Assembly: GCA_036338595.1 (NCBI GenBank)
Contig: JAYZBV010000072.1
Coordinates: 11,686-75,685, forward strand
Length of the DNA: 64,000 nt
DNA from: Planctomycetota bacterium
GTDB taxonomy: Bacteria > Planctomycetota > UBA8108 > UBA1146
Direction: 5' to 3'
Numbering within the stretch: position 1 is the first letter of the stretch; the number at the start of each line of letters is the position of its first letter. Under the pieces are notes generated by a model. The model ran no database searches. It was not told the DNA's origin and saw only the letters and a program-made list of their open reading frames with translations. Both the position numbers and the translations under genes were made by a program. Below are positions 37,371-50,033 of this stretch, one piece after another.

Positions 37371-39227
37371 TCACCGGTCGGATGACTCTTCATCGTCGTT
37401 GGAGGGCTCAGAAGCCTTCTTTTCCGCCTTTTTCTCCAGTGCCTCCTGGCCGGCACGACCTAGCCATCGTGAGCGCCTGTCGATCTGCTCCTGGGAGGCT
37501 TCTGGATCGAGCTCAATTTTCCAGCCTCTGGAGGGTTCTTCGCCGAAGGTGACCGCGATGTGGATCAGTGTGCCGCGGCGAGACACGAGCAGAGTCGCCT
37601 CGCTTCCAGGGGCATGCCGTCTACGGACCTGTTTCCAGGTGCTGGCACTCATCCGATACTGGCCCAGTGCGATGATTTCATCGCCGGGATTGATGCCGGC
37701 TTCATACGCCGGGGTACCGCGACGAACTCGAGTCACTGACCAGCGTCCCCCCGACTCACTGGCCTCGATTCCGAGCCATCCTTCGGGAGGATCTTCCGGC
37801 TCTTCCGTGCTCTCGGGTCGAAATCGAAGACCAAATACCGCCAGTGCCTCCTCGTATTCCAGTTCATCGGTGCCATCGATGAATCGGCTGAACCATCCGG
37901 TGAGATCGCAACCCGCTACTTCCTCGAAGACTTCTCGCAACTGGTCGTGGCTGTATCCTCGTTCGCCCGAGTATCGCTTGAAGGCCAGACGCATCGCATC
38001 ATCGAGCGAGCGTTGGTGCCCACTGGCGGACCGGATCCTGGCATCGAGGAGCCATGCAACCATAGCCCCCTTCGAGTAATAGGAGATCTGGCTGTTGATG
38101 GAATTTTCGTCGCGCTGGTAGTAGCGGATCCATGCGTCAGTGCTTGCACGAGAGAGGGGCAGAACAAGCCTGCCGGGGGTGCGCTGGATTTCCTTGATCT
38201 GCTTTCCGAGACCCTCGATGTACTTGTTCTGATCGATCAATCCAGCACGAGCGACCAGCAGGTCATCGTAGTAACTTGTGAATCCTTCGACGAACCAGAG
38301 GTCGGGGGTGAACACCTCTTGCTCGTAGTTGAATGGGCCGAGAGCCTCCGGGCGGAGTCGCTTGCCATTCCAGGCATGAAACTGCTCGTGACTCACAAGG
38401 CCGTACCAGCCCTTGCGGCGATCCTTGTCTCCCCAGGTCCACCTCCCCGACAACATCAGTGCGCAGTTCTTGTGCTCGAGACCGCCTCCACCCTCTGCGA
38501 TGACATTCAGGTAGTGATACTGCTGGTAGGGGATCTGCCCCCAGAACTGGACCAACTCTTCGCTGATCTTCTGCACATCTTCGGCGCAAGCATCGGAATC
38601 CCACAACTCGGATCCCCCAAGATTGACCACGTGATGCGAAACCGAGTCGACCTCGAATTCTCGGATTTCAGGATCGCCGAAGAGGATGGGGGAATCGCAC
38701 AATTCATCGACAGTCATCGCACGCCAGTGGCCCGGGGTGACCGAGGGGATGACGGAGATGACTCGAGCCATCTCGGGAGCCAGTTCGACCGAGACATCGA
38801 ACGGGCCATCCTTGCCCCTGGGGAGCACAAAGGTGGCGGCGCCGTTGAGGAAGCCAGAGCCAGCTTCGACGAAGTTGTTTCGCACCGAGAGTAGTCTGCA
38901 ATAGAGCCGATACTTGACCGTCACATCGGTCCGTTGTGGAGTTTCGATGACCCAGCCGTTCTTGCTCGGGCGATCTACGCTCAGGGGATTCCCATCCTCA
39001 TCAAAGGCTTCGAGATTTTCGATGTGCCGGGCATAATCTCGGATCTTGTATGAGCCTGGCGTCCACACCGGCATCCACAGTTCCAGAACCGGGTCATCGG
39101 ATGCGGGAAACCGAGCCTCGACCTCGACCCTGTGCTGGGCGCTGGATTCCAGGTTGATGGTGTAACTTGCAGCAACTTGCTCCTGTGCCGGAGGAAGCAC
39201 CAGTGTCAGTGTCAGCAGAATCCACAT
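37371..39227 (-). CDS. M61 glycyl aminopeptidase with C-terminal PDZ domain
   Basis: MPVWTPGSYKIRDYA, GGGLEH, SHEQFHAWNGKRLRP, LWFVEGFTSYY, SYYSKG, PDZ WLGI...TPAYEAGINPGDEIIAL. Confidence 0.93.
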   Translation of the reverse strand: MWILLTLTLVLPPAQEQVAASYTINLESSAQHRVEVEARFPASDDPVLELWMPVWTPGSYKIRDYARHIENLEAFDEDGNPLSVDRPSKNGWVIETPQRTDVTVKYRLYCRLLSVRNNFVEAGSGFLNGAATFVLPRGKDGPFDVSVELAPEMARVISVIPSVTPGHWRAMTVDELCDSPILFGDPEIREFEVDSVSHHVVNLGGSELWDSDACAEDVQKISEELVQFWGQIPYQQYHYLNVIAEGGGGLEHKNCALMLSGRWTWGDKDRRKGWYGLVSHEQFHAWNGKRLRPEALGPFNYEQEVFTPDLWFVEGFTSYYDDLLVARAGLIDQNKYIEGLGKQIKEIQRTPGRLVLPLSRASTDAWIRYYQRDENSINSQISYYSKGAMVAWLLDARIRSASGHQRSLDDAMRLAFKRYSGERGYSHDQLREVFEEVAGCDLTGWFSRFIDGTDELEYEEALAVFGLRFRPESTEEPEDPPEGWLGIEASESGGRWSVTRVRRGTPAYEAGINPGDEIIALGQYRMSASTWKQVRRRHAPGSEATLLVSRRGTLIHIAVTFGEEPSRGWKIELDPEASQEQIDRRSRWLGRAGQEALEKKAEKKASEPSNDDEESSDR

Positions 39228-39229
39228 CT

Positions 39230-41988
<2,759 letters not shown>

Positions 41989-42189
41989 CCATCGTTTTGG
42001 CCGCCCCATCTGTGACTTGATATGCGTCGTGCTCGGTCACTGCCTGTCCAGATCTGGTGTGGTACCCGGCATCATCCGGGCGATCTGAAAAATCCCTTCA
42101 TACATCGCTGTCATGATCCGAAGAGAGATCAATGAACCGGTGATCTTCCGGAGAATGAGGATCCAGTCAGGCTGAAAGGACTCAGTTCG

Positions 42190-42447
42190 GTGCCGTTGCT
42201 CGCCCGCATCCTAGAAACTGCTCGCATCCAGGCCCTTCTCGGGGGGTTGATCCAGATCACACGCATCGAGATGCGAGTCGGGAGCGACAGCGAAGTGGTG
42301 CCCGAAGCGATCTCTGCGGCACTGAAGGAGCGATGCCAGGGGGATCTGCTCGACAGATGCGAGGTCAGCATCGAAATGGTCGAAGGTGATCAGGTCGAAC
42401 TCAAGAGCATCGAGGGTGTACCCTTCAGCGCCAGGGATGCGATCTGA
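42190..42447 (+). CDS. Small HypA-like protein lacking metal-binding motifs
   Basis: ITRIEMRVG..SEVVPEAI.......G.....CEVSIE...G..VELKSIE resembles the HypA core; AAAGGA RBS 9 nt before GTG. Confidence 0.45.
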   Translation: MPLLARILETARIQALLGGLIQITRIEMRVGSDSEVVPEAISAALKERCQGDLLDRCEVSIEMVEGDQVELKSIEGVPFSARDAI

Positions 42448-42516
42448 AGCACTGGACAGAGGACCGGTGACAACGCAGCATCGTGGCCATGCCAGCACTC
42501 TGGCCAGGAGGACCCG

Positions 42517-44319
42517 ATGCATCGAAATCTGGGCAGTTTTCTCGAAGCGCTGCGCCGATCGGGAGATCTGGTCGAGGTGGATGCCCACGTCGATCCGCGA
42601 CTCGAGGTTGCGGAGATCCACCGCAGGGTCATCGCTGGTGGGGGACCGGCACTCCTCTTTCACAATCCGATCGGTTCCAATTTCCCCATCGTGACCAACC
42701 TGTTCGGAACCCAGCGAAGGGTCCAGATCGGCTTTGGTGACCACGGCCAGAAGTTTCTGAGCAGGCTAGTACACCTCGCCGAGACGATGGTGCCTCCGAG
42801 TCTTCCCAAGATGTGGGGGGCGCGAGATGTCGCCGGTACCTTGCTCAGGGTTGGCATGAGAAAAAGGGGTGCCGGTGCGGTCCTGGAGGTTCAGGATCCT
42901 CAACTCGATCTGGATGACTTGCCCGTCATCACCAGTTGGCCAGAAGATGGTGGACCGTTCATCACGTTGCCACTCGTCTATACCGAGCACCCTGTCGATG
43001 GGCGCCACAATCTCGGCATCTACAGGCTGCAGCGCCACGATTCGGAACATCTGGGGCTTCATTTCCAGATTCACAAGGGGTCTGGATATCACTTGATGGA
43101 GGCGGAACGGCTGCAGCGTCCCTTCCCGGTCACCTGTCTGCTCGGCGGCCCTCCGGCGCTGATCGCAAGCGCTGTCGCTCCGCTTCCAGAAAATGTCGGG
43201 GAACTATTGCTCGCATCGTTGTTGCAAGGAGCTCCGCTCCGGATGGCGCAAGCAGATGGGGTCGCTCACCCCTTTGTCGCCGAGTGCGAGTTCGCCATTC
43301 ACGGCAGGGCGCTTCCCGGTGTGAGAAGGCCCGAGGGTCCCTTCGGTGACCACTATGGCTACTACTCGCTGCAGCATGATTACCCGGTGATGAAGGTCGA
43401 CGGTGTCACCCACCGTCGTGGTGCGATCTATCCTGCAACAGTAGTTGGCAAGCCGCGCCAGGAAGATTTCTTCCTGGGAGATTTTCTGCAAGAACTGCTC
43501 TCTCCACTATTCCCACTGGTGATGCCAACGGTCCGAGAACTCTGGTCCTACGGGGAGACCGGGTACCATTCGCTGGCAGCAGCCAGGGTGACAGATCGCT
43601 ACCCTCGTGAAGCGATGGTGTCGGCATTCAGGATTCTCGGAGAGGGTCAACTGTCACTGACGAAGTTTCTGTTGCTCACCGATGGAGTTGTCGACCTTCG
43701 CGATTTCCCTTCAACGCTCGAGTACATCCTGGCGAGAGCAGATTTCCGCAGCGATCTGCACATCATCGCATGCACCAGCATGGATACCCTCGACTACTCC
43801 GGGCCCAGTGTGAATGAGGGGTCGAAGGGGTTTCTACTGGGTCTTGGTGATCCCATTCGCGATCTTCCTCGCGAGTTTGAGGGCGAGCTTCCCGCTGGAT
43901 TTCCTCGAGCAGAGGTGTATTGCCCCGGTTGCCTGGTGATCGAAGGGCCGTCCCATGCGGATCAACCTCAAGCGGCGAAAGGATTGCTCGAGGGATCGGC
44001 TCTTGAGCAGTGGCCGCTGGTGGTTCTGGTCGATGATGCAGTGGCTGCCACTCGATCCGATGCGAGGTTCTTGTGGACCACCTTCACTCGCTTCGAGCCA
44101 GCTGCAGATATCTACTCGAGCGCAAGTGAGGTGGTCAGGAACCACCTCGCGCACCATCCCCCCGTGGTCATCGATGCGAGGATGAAGGCGGGCTACCCCG
44201 ATGAGCTTTTCTGCGATCCGGAAACGGCTTCCCTGGTCGAGGGCCGCTGGAGCGAGTATTTCCCCGCCGGGGGAGTCGAGATGGGGGATAGCGATGTGGG
44301 GCACCTCGACCAGCCTTGA
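42517..44319 (+). CDS. UbiD family prFMN-dependent decarboxylase (long, menaquinone-pathway type)
   Basis: LEVAEIHRRV, NLFGT, WPEDGGPFITLP, NLGIYRLQ, EGPFGDHYGYY, TVVGKP.QED, DTLDY, DARMK. Confidence 0.9.
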   Translation: MHRNLGSFLEALRRSGDLVEVDAHVDPRLEVAEIHRRVIAGGGPALLFHNPIGSNFPIVTNLFGTQRRVQIGFGDHGQKFLSRLVHLAETMVPPSLPKMWGARDVAGTLLRVGMRKRGAGAVLEVQDPQLDLDDLPVITSWPEDGGPFITLPLVYTEHPVDGRHNLGIYRLQRHDSEHLGLHFQIHKGSGYHLMEAERLQRPFPVTCLLGGPPALIASAVAPLPENVGELLLASLLQGAPLRMAQADGVAHPFVAECEFAIHGRALPGVRRPEGPFGDHYGYYSLQHDYPVMKVDGVTHRRGAIYPATVVGKPRQEDFFLGDFLQELLSPLFPLVMPTVRELWSYGETGYHSLAAARVTDRYPREAMVSAFRILGEGQLSLTKFLLLTDGVVDLRDFPSTLEYILARADFRSDLHIIACTSMDTLDYSGPSVNEGSKGFLLGLGDPIRDLPREFEGELPAGFPRAEVYCPGCLVIEGPSHADQPQAAKGLLEGSALEQWPLVVLVDDAVAATRSDARFLWTTFTRFEPAADIYSSASEVVRNHLAHHPPVVIDARMKAGYPDELFCDPETASLVEGRWSEYFPAGGVEMGDSDVGHLDQP

Positions 44320-44455
44320 TGGAGAAATCTGCTCGAAAACCCGCAAACCTGTCGATTCCTCGGTGGTTGCTCTCTCAGGTGGGATATCCCTCCCTTAGAT
44401 TCCTGGGTGCGCTGCTGTATGATGGAGGGGCTCTTCAGTTTCAACAAATCAAGGA

Positions 44456-46228
44456 GTGAAGATGTTCAAGTTTCGAGCAGGATCCTACCTGGCGATGGTT
44501 TTGTTTTCGTTGGCTGTACTGTTTTCGGGAACAGTCGTTGTTGAGGCTCAGCCGGGGGATCTTGTAGTAGCCAATGTTTATCCCAGTAGCAACGAACTGT
44601 CTGCGCCGATCGCCACCTCGATCTGGATCGATTTCCAGGAACCGATCGATCCAGCCAGTGTCAGCAACGGATCGTTCTGGGCCTTTGGACGCTGGAGTGG
44701 TCCGGCAGAGGGGACACTGGAGGTGGTCGGTGGCGGATCCTCGATTCGACTCACTCCCGACAATCCCTTCTCTGCAGGTGAGCAGGTGATGGTGATCGTT
44801 TCCGAGCAGATCGCTGCCATCAGCGGAGCGTCGATCCAGCAGGGGGGGTACAGCTTTCTGTTCTGGACAGCATCTGCTCCTACATCATTGCAACTGGATC
44901 AAACAGCCAACTGGTCGACCCGTTCCAATCCCAATGTATCGACGCGCAGTTACGGGGGAGTCGGTTCTGACCTCGACAATGATGGCAACCTCGACATCAC
45001 TGTCATCAACGAAGACACCGCTGATGTGCGTTGCTACCTCAATCAAGGCAATGACAGCGGAGAATTTGGCCCGATGGTCAATCCCCCGAGTTCTGTGAAT
45101 ATGCAGGCGAGTCCCAATGAGCCAGCAGACTTCAACCGAGATGGATTTGTCGATCTGGTGGTCTGCAACATCGCCACCGATACGGTTTCGGTGCTGCTGG
45201 GTAATGGCGATGGCACCTTCGCTCCTCAGCAGCAGATCAATGTTGGAATCGCTCCCAGAGGAGTCGCCGTGCTCGATGTCGATGGGGATGGTGACATGGA
45301 TGTGGTCAATACCAACTACGGCAACGGAAACCTGTCGATCTTGCTCAACAATGGCAATGGAGTCTTCGGAGCGCCGACATTTTTCGAGGGGGGCGGTGCT
45401 GGAGAGCGTTCCCTGGCAACGGGAGACATGAACGGGGATGGTCTGCTCGATCTGGTGATCGGCATGCTCAACAGCGGTGAGATCGTCGTGAACCTGAACA
45501 ATGGTGACGGAACCTTCACCGAATCGGGATCTGAACCGGCGGTGAGTGGCACCTGGATGCTGGCACTGGGCGATCTCAATGGCGATGGTCATCTCGATGT
45601 GACCAGCGTCAATGCCAGCCAGGACAATTGCACCACCAACTTTGGCAACGGAGATGGCACCATCACTCCAGCCACTGCATATCCGACAGATAATTATCCT
45701 CTATCCACGGATGTGGGTGATCTCGATGGAGATGGCGATCTCGACTGGGTCATCTCCAGCTACCTTGGCGATTGGTACATCTACCTCAATGATGGTGATG
45801 GTAACTTCACGTTTTTTCTGGAGATACTCGCACCCATTGCCGCCAGTTGTGCCGTCATGATGGATATCGACAACGACCTCGATCTCGATCTGGTTCTCAT
45901 CGACGAACTCGCCGATGTTGTGATCATCTACAAGCAGGAGGGTGTGCCACCTCCGCAGTTCATCCGGGCAGATGCGAACTGGGATGGGGTCGTCGACATC
46001 GGAGATGTGGTCATGCAATTGTCGGTTCTGTTCGGTTGTACGGCAGTCTGTTCCTGTCCGGATGTGCTGGACTCCAACGATGATGGCGCCAGTGACATTT
46101 CCGATCCGATCTACCTGTTGATGTACCTGTTCAGTAATGGAGTGGCACCGCCGGCACCCTATCCCTCCTGCGGAGCGGACCCGACGCTGGATACTCTCGA
46201 TTGCTTGTTCCAGCCCGATTGCGTGTAG
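44456..46228 (+). CDS. Secreted Ig-like plus FG-GAP/VCBS repeat protein with a C-terminal dockerin-like domain
   Basis: Signal peptide; about 7 D(L/F/M)(N/D)xDGxxD repeats; tail FIRADANWDGVVDIGD...CPDVLDSNDDGASDISDPIYLL.YLF....PPAPYPSCGADPT. Confidence 0.88.
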   Translation: MKMFKFRAGSYLAMVLFSLAVLFSGTVVVEAQPGDLVVANVYPSSNELSAPIATSIWIDFQEPIDPASVSNGSFWAFGRWSGPAEGTLEVVGGGSSIRLTPDNPFSAGEQVMVIVSEQIAAISGASIQQGGYSFLFWTASAPTSLQLDQTANWSTRSNPNVSTRSYGGVGSDLDNDGNLDITVINEDTADVRCYLNQGNDSGEFGPMVNPPSSVNMQASPNEPADFNRDGFVDLVVCNIATDTVSVLLGNGDGTFAPQQQINVGIAPRGVAVLDVDGDGDMDVVNTNYGNGNLSILLNNGNGVFGAPTFFEGGGAGERSLATGDMNGDGLLDLVIGMLNSGEIVVNLNNGDGTFTESGSEPAVSGTWMLALGDLNGDGHLDVTSVNASQDNCTTNFGNGDGTITPATAYPTDNYPLSTDVGDLDGDGDLDWVISSYLGDWYIYLNDGDGNFTFFLEILAPIAASCAVMMDIDNDLDLDLVLIDELADVVIIYKQEGVPPPQFIRADANWDGVVDIGDVVMQLSVLFGCTAVCSCPDVLDSNDDGASDISDPIYLLMYLFSNGVAPPAPYPSCGADPTLDTLDCLFQPDCV

Positions 46229-46290
46229 TTAGAAGGCCGAACTGGTACTGCTGTTGGCGGCTTCCAGGCGATGGTGTCCACCGCCTCGCT

Positions 46291-47718
46291 TCAAAGGGCG
46301 CGGCTCCGTGCAGGTTTTTTTCTCGGAGGTTCCACCGGTCGTAGACCGGGGTGGTCTGCAGAGATCCAGGGAACGCGGAATACCGCCCCGCCGCGGGCAC
46401 CGGCGCCACGAACTCCTACGCCTTCCCGGCCAAAACCGCCCTTGTTGATGTGCTCCCAGACGATGTTCCCGCTGCGGGTCACCTCGAAGATTAGACCCGT
46501 GGACCCGCTGCAGATCAGAGTGTTGCCGCCAGGCAATCGTTCGGCGCCCGAGATGTTAGTGGAGAAGAATTTACCAGGATTCTCATACTTCCAGATCGGC
46601 TCTGGCGACGAAAAAGCGCCGTCCGTCTGGCGCAGGTACTTCCCATCCGAAGAGATCGGAGGGGCCAGTTCCAGAACAGTCGAGAAATTGCCGCGACGAC
46701 CCTGGCCGTTGTTGAAGATCAAGATGTTGTCTTGCCCAGGTAGGCCCGGTGAGATCCATTGCGCGTCGTGTTGCTTGAAGAGTTCACGGTCCGAGTCACT
46801 TCCTTTGCCGTATGTTTGCGGGTTTCCCCAGCGCCACAGGATTCCTGGGTTCTCTGCACCCGATGTGGAGTGATCGATGACCCACACCTCGTCGAAACCG
46901 TGGACGCTCAGGATGATCTGGTCGAGTTCGGCGTTGTAGTCAACAGAGTTGGTGTGCATCCAGTCCGGTTGTCCCAGTTCCCGACTCTGAAATGAGACAT
47001 AATTGATGTCGATCTTCTCCGGGTGATCCGATGCCTTTCCGAAATCAGGAAGTTCGGCATCGATATCCTGGATCAGATGATCCCACGGACTCCAGCGCCA
47101 GACCACCTCTCCGCCCGACTTACCTGTGGGCTTGATCTCGACGACCGCATCGACCCATAGCTCGTCGGCGGGAAGCAGGGCGGGATGACGACCCGCCGCA
47201 AGACATTCTTGTTTCCCTTTTCGTTCCCAGCAGATCAGCAGAAAGTTGCCACCGGGAAGCGGTTCTATGTCGTGGTGTTGAAGGTGAGCCTCACTGGCCC
47301 AGTCCAGTTTCCAGGTGACCTCGCCATCCCAGTTCACCCTCTCGATGACTCCACCGGCACCTCCGCCCTGAAATCCGAACGCGCCTCGTCGACCGATGGC
47401 GCCGGTTCTGAGCAAGGAACCGTCATCGAGGAGGTAGACCGAGTGTCCGGGCCGCCTTTCTCCCTTCCAGAGATGGATCGGCGACCCTGTTCTGTCGATG
47501 ATCTGCACGTCGGTGCTCCCCAGGGGTGCCACCAGCAGGTATCCCCCCTCATGCGATTCTGATTCCTGGCTCCGGGGCTCCGCTGCGCCAACAGGAGCCG
47601 CTTCTGGTGTTCCGGTCGGTGGTTGAGACTCCTGGGTAAACGCAAGCGCGGGCAGCGCAAAGTTGCACAGCAGGATTGCGGTGAGCCAGTGGCGGTGAGT
47701 CAGATAATTCGACGACAT
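46291..47718 (-). CDS. Aryl-sulfate sulfotransferase (ASST) family beta-propeller protein, exported
   Basis: Signal peptide, QHHDIEPLPGGN, DWMHTNSVDY, WRWGNP, QHDAQW, FNNG, SGAERLPGGNTLI. Confidence 0.88.
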   Translation of the reverse strand: MSSNYLTHRHWLTAILLCNFALPALAFTQESQPPTGTPEAAPVGAAEPRSQESESHEGGYLLVAPLGSTDVQIIDRTGSPIHLWKGERRPGHSVYLLDDGSLLRTGAIGRRGAFGFQGGGAGGVIERVNWDGEVTWKLDWASEAHLQHHDIEPLPGGNFLLICWERKGKQECLAAGRHPALLPADELWVDAVVEIKPTGKSGGEVVWRWSPWDHLIQDIDAELPDFGKASDHPEKIDINYVSFQSRELGQPDWMHTNSVDYNAELDQIILSVHGFDEVWVIDHSTSGAENPGILWRWGNPQTYGKGSDSDRELFKQHDAQWISPGLPGQDNILIFNNGQGRRGNFSTVLELAPPISSDGKYLRQTDGAFSSPEPIWKYENPGKFFSTNISGAERLPGGNTLICSGSTGLIFEVTRSGNIVWEHINKGGFGREGVGVRGAGARGGAVFRVPWISADHPGLRPVEPPRKKPARSRAL

Positions 47719-47861
47719 GGAGTACCTCCCACTTCTCCAAGATACACGCAAACGGGCCTTGGATGACTCTACTTCCGCACTAGAATCCATGCCCATCGAG
47801 TGTTGTCATCGCCATCGGATGCTCAAGGACCTGGAAGGGGAGTTCCATCTCAGCGACACAA

Positions 47862-48872
47862 CTGAGAATCCTGTTCCTGATACTGCTCTCATTTCACGGC
47901 CTGTTGACCGCGGCGGACCCGGTATCCATCAAACCTCTCGGTCATCAGGATCCCGAAGTGGAACAAACTGATTCCATCCAGGCGATCATCAATGCACTCG
48001 ATGAGGACATCGAATTGCCAAGAAGGCTTTCCGTCATGCATCAGGAGATCGGCGATCGAGTTCTTGATCTCAGTGATCGGATCGATGACTTCTTTGGCGA
48101 CCCACGGCTGGAAACAGAGGCTGGCAAGACTCGTTACAGGGTTCGTTCCGAGTGGAGATTCGAAGAAGGTGGAGAGTCCACCTTTGGAGTCAAGGTTCGT
48201 GGCCATGCGGTACTTCCCAGGACACGACAACGAATCGGCTTCTATCTGGAGTCGTTTCGAGATGATGTGCTGACAGATCTCGACGATTTGCTCGGTGATC
48301 CCGCCGATGACACCAATTCACTGATCTCGGCCGAGGATGTCTCGGGATTGCGAGCAGCACTCTTCTCCAATCCGCGTGGAAGATTGTCCCTCGACGGTGG
48401 AGTGAAACTGTCGAAGAGTCCCCAGGCCCGAGTGAAACTTCGATGGCAAGAGGATCACGATCTGGAAAATCTGTGGAGCCTCAGGCTGATCCAGAGTCTC
48501 GAATATCGAGGTGAAGAAGGATACGGCGAGCGCACCCAGTTGCGTTTCGAAAGAGCCATCGAGGAGAAACTGCTCAGATTCGGAATCGAAGGCGTCTGGT
48601 TTGAAGAGCAGGATTTCAAGGCGCTGTTGACCACCAGCTATTTCATTCCTGTTGATTCACGCAGTGTACTGCACCTGAGTGGACACTTGACCGCAGACCT
48701 GGGAGATGCGCCGGCGCGCACCGGCGTAGGAGTGGGAATCGGGTTTCGCCGAAGGCTCTACAGTGACTGGCTCTTCGGAGAGATCGCGCCTCATGTGTTC
48801 TGGCCCCAAAAGTCGTTCGATGGCAGTGAAGTGTCGCTGTTCCTGGTGACCGAGGTGATCTTCGGTCGGTGA
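47862..48872 (+). CDS. Putative outer-membrane beta-barrel protein (start uncertain; CTG at 47862 restores a signal peptide)
   Basis: DRIDDFFGD, alternating beta-strand patterns, RRRLYSDWLFGEIAP, C-terminal EVIFGR. Confidence 0.6.
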   Translation: MRILFLILLSFHGLLTAADPVSIKPLGHQDPEVEQTDSIQAIINALDEDIELPRRLSVMHQEIGDRVLDLSDRIDDFFGDPRLETEAGKTRYRVRSEWRFEEGGESTFGVKVRGHAVLPRTRQRIGFYLESFRDDVLTDLDDLLGDPADDTNSLISAEDVSGLRAALFSNPRGRLSLDGGVKLSKSPQARVKLRWQEDHDLENLWSLRLIQSLEYRGEEGYGERTQLRFERAIEEKLLRFGIEGVWFEEQDFKALLTTSYFIPVDSRSVLHLSGHLTADLGDAPARTGVGVGIGFRRRLYSDWLFGEIAPHVFWPQKSFDGSEVSLFLVTEVIFGR

Positions 48873-48935
48873 TTCCTTGCATGTTGTCTCGCTGCTACCG
48901 AGTCCGTATTCTTTGCGGAGGAAGAGGAGGCCCCG

Positions 48936-50033
48936 ATGCTCAGAGCAGATCCGAAGAGCGACCCCGATGGCAAGGGGACCCGGTATGGAATCCTCGCCAT
49001 GCTGCTGGTGGGAGCGGGTTGTGGCACCCTGATCTACCTGGGAAATCCAGGCAACATGGGGATCTGTGGCGCCTGCTTCCTGCGCGATTCTGCAGGAGCC
49101 TTGCACCTCTTCGACAAGCCTGCTTCTCTTCCCTACCTTCGCCCGGAGATCTTCGGAGTTCTCTTCGGAGCCATGTTGTGGATGCTCGTCCGGGGCAAGT
49201 GGCAGGCGAGATCGGGAAGCCATGCCGCGACCAGGTTTTTCTTTGGGATCTGGATGGGAATCGGATCGCTGGTCTTTCTCGGCTGTCCTTTTCGGATGCT
49301 GCAGCGACTCGGTGGTCTCGATCTGAGCGCCTGGATCGCCCTGCCCGGATTCATCGCAGGTGTGGGCGTGGGACTGTTCTTCGAGAAGCGTGGCTACAAT
49401 GTTGGAAAAACGGAAGCTGCGCCTGCCGCGGTGGGCTTGCTGTTTCCGGGGTTGATGTTGCTGGCCGGGGTGCTCTGGTTCCAGGGACAGCTGGCGGGAC
49501 CGGGGCTAGATGGAGGTCCTCCACCTCCTCATGCGCCCTGGTTGTACTCACTGGGCATCGCGCTGGTCGCTGGAATACTCCTCTCGGCAACCCGTTTCTG
49601 CGCCGTGACTGCCGGGAGGCAAGTGTTTCTGAAGGATCGTCGAATGCTGCTCGCTTCACTGGCAATGCTGATTGGATTCGGGCTCGTGGTTCTGACGACC
49701 GGCAAGGCCGTTCCTGGAATTGAGGGCCAACCTGCGGCGCACACGGACCACCTGTGGTCGGCGCTGGCACTGGCCCTGGTCGGACTCTGTGGCTGCCTCG
49801 CGGGCGGCTGTCCCGTCCGTCAACTGGTCATGACAGGTGAAGGAAACGCCGATGCCGCGATGGCGGTTGCGGGCATCCTGGTCGGCGGAGCACTCAGCCA
49901 CGGGTTCGCTCTCGCTTCCAGCGGAGCAGGCACCACGGAGGCAGGCCGTCTGGCCATCGTCGTGGGGCTTGCCATCGCTGTGGCCTACGGTGCATCCAGA
50001 TCGTTGCTGACCAGTGCGAAGGGATCCGCATGA
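48936..50033 (+). CDS. yedE: YedE/YeeE family transporter, selenium-metabolism subtype
   Basis: GNPGNMGICGACFLRD.AGAL, YLRPEI.G, VFLGCPFRM..RL.G, RFC, LAGGCPVRQLV..GEGN.DA. Confidence 0.85.
   Translation: MLRADPKSDPDGKGTRYGILAMLLVGAGCGTLIYLGNPGNMGICGACFLRDSAGALHLFDKPASLPYLRPEIFGVLFGAMLWMLVRGKWQARSGSHAATRFFFGIWMGIGSLVFLGCPFRMLQRLGGLDLSAWIALPGFIAGVGVGLFFEKRGYNVGKTEAAPAAVGLLFPGLMLLAGVLWFQGQLAGPGLDGGPPPPHAPWLYSLGIALVAGILLSATRFCAVTAGRQVFLKDRRMLLASLAMLIGFGLVVLTTGKAVPGIEGQPAAHTDHLWSALALALVGLCGCLAGGCPVRQLVMTGEGNADAAMAVAGILVGGALSHGFALASSGAGTTEAGRLAIVVGLAIAVAYGASRSLLTSAKGSA

Noticed and set aside
44960..45900. Periodic GAT/GGC-rich repeats as a CRISPR or DNA repeat array
   Set aside because: They are degenerate protein-level FG-GAP (DxDxDGxxD) repeats inside a CDS; no identical repeats with spacers and no cas genes.
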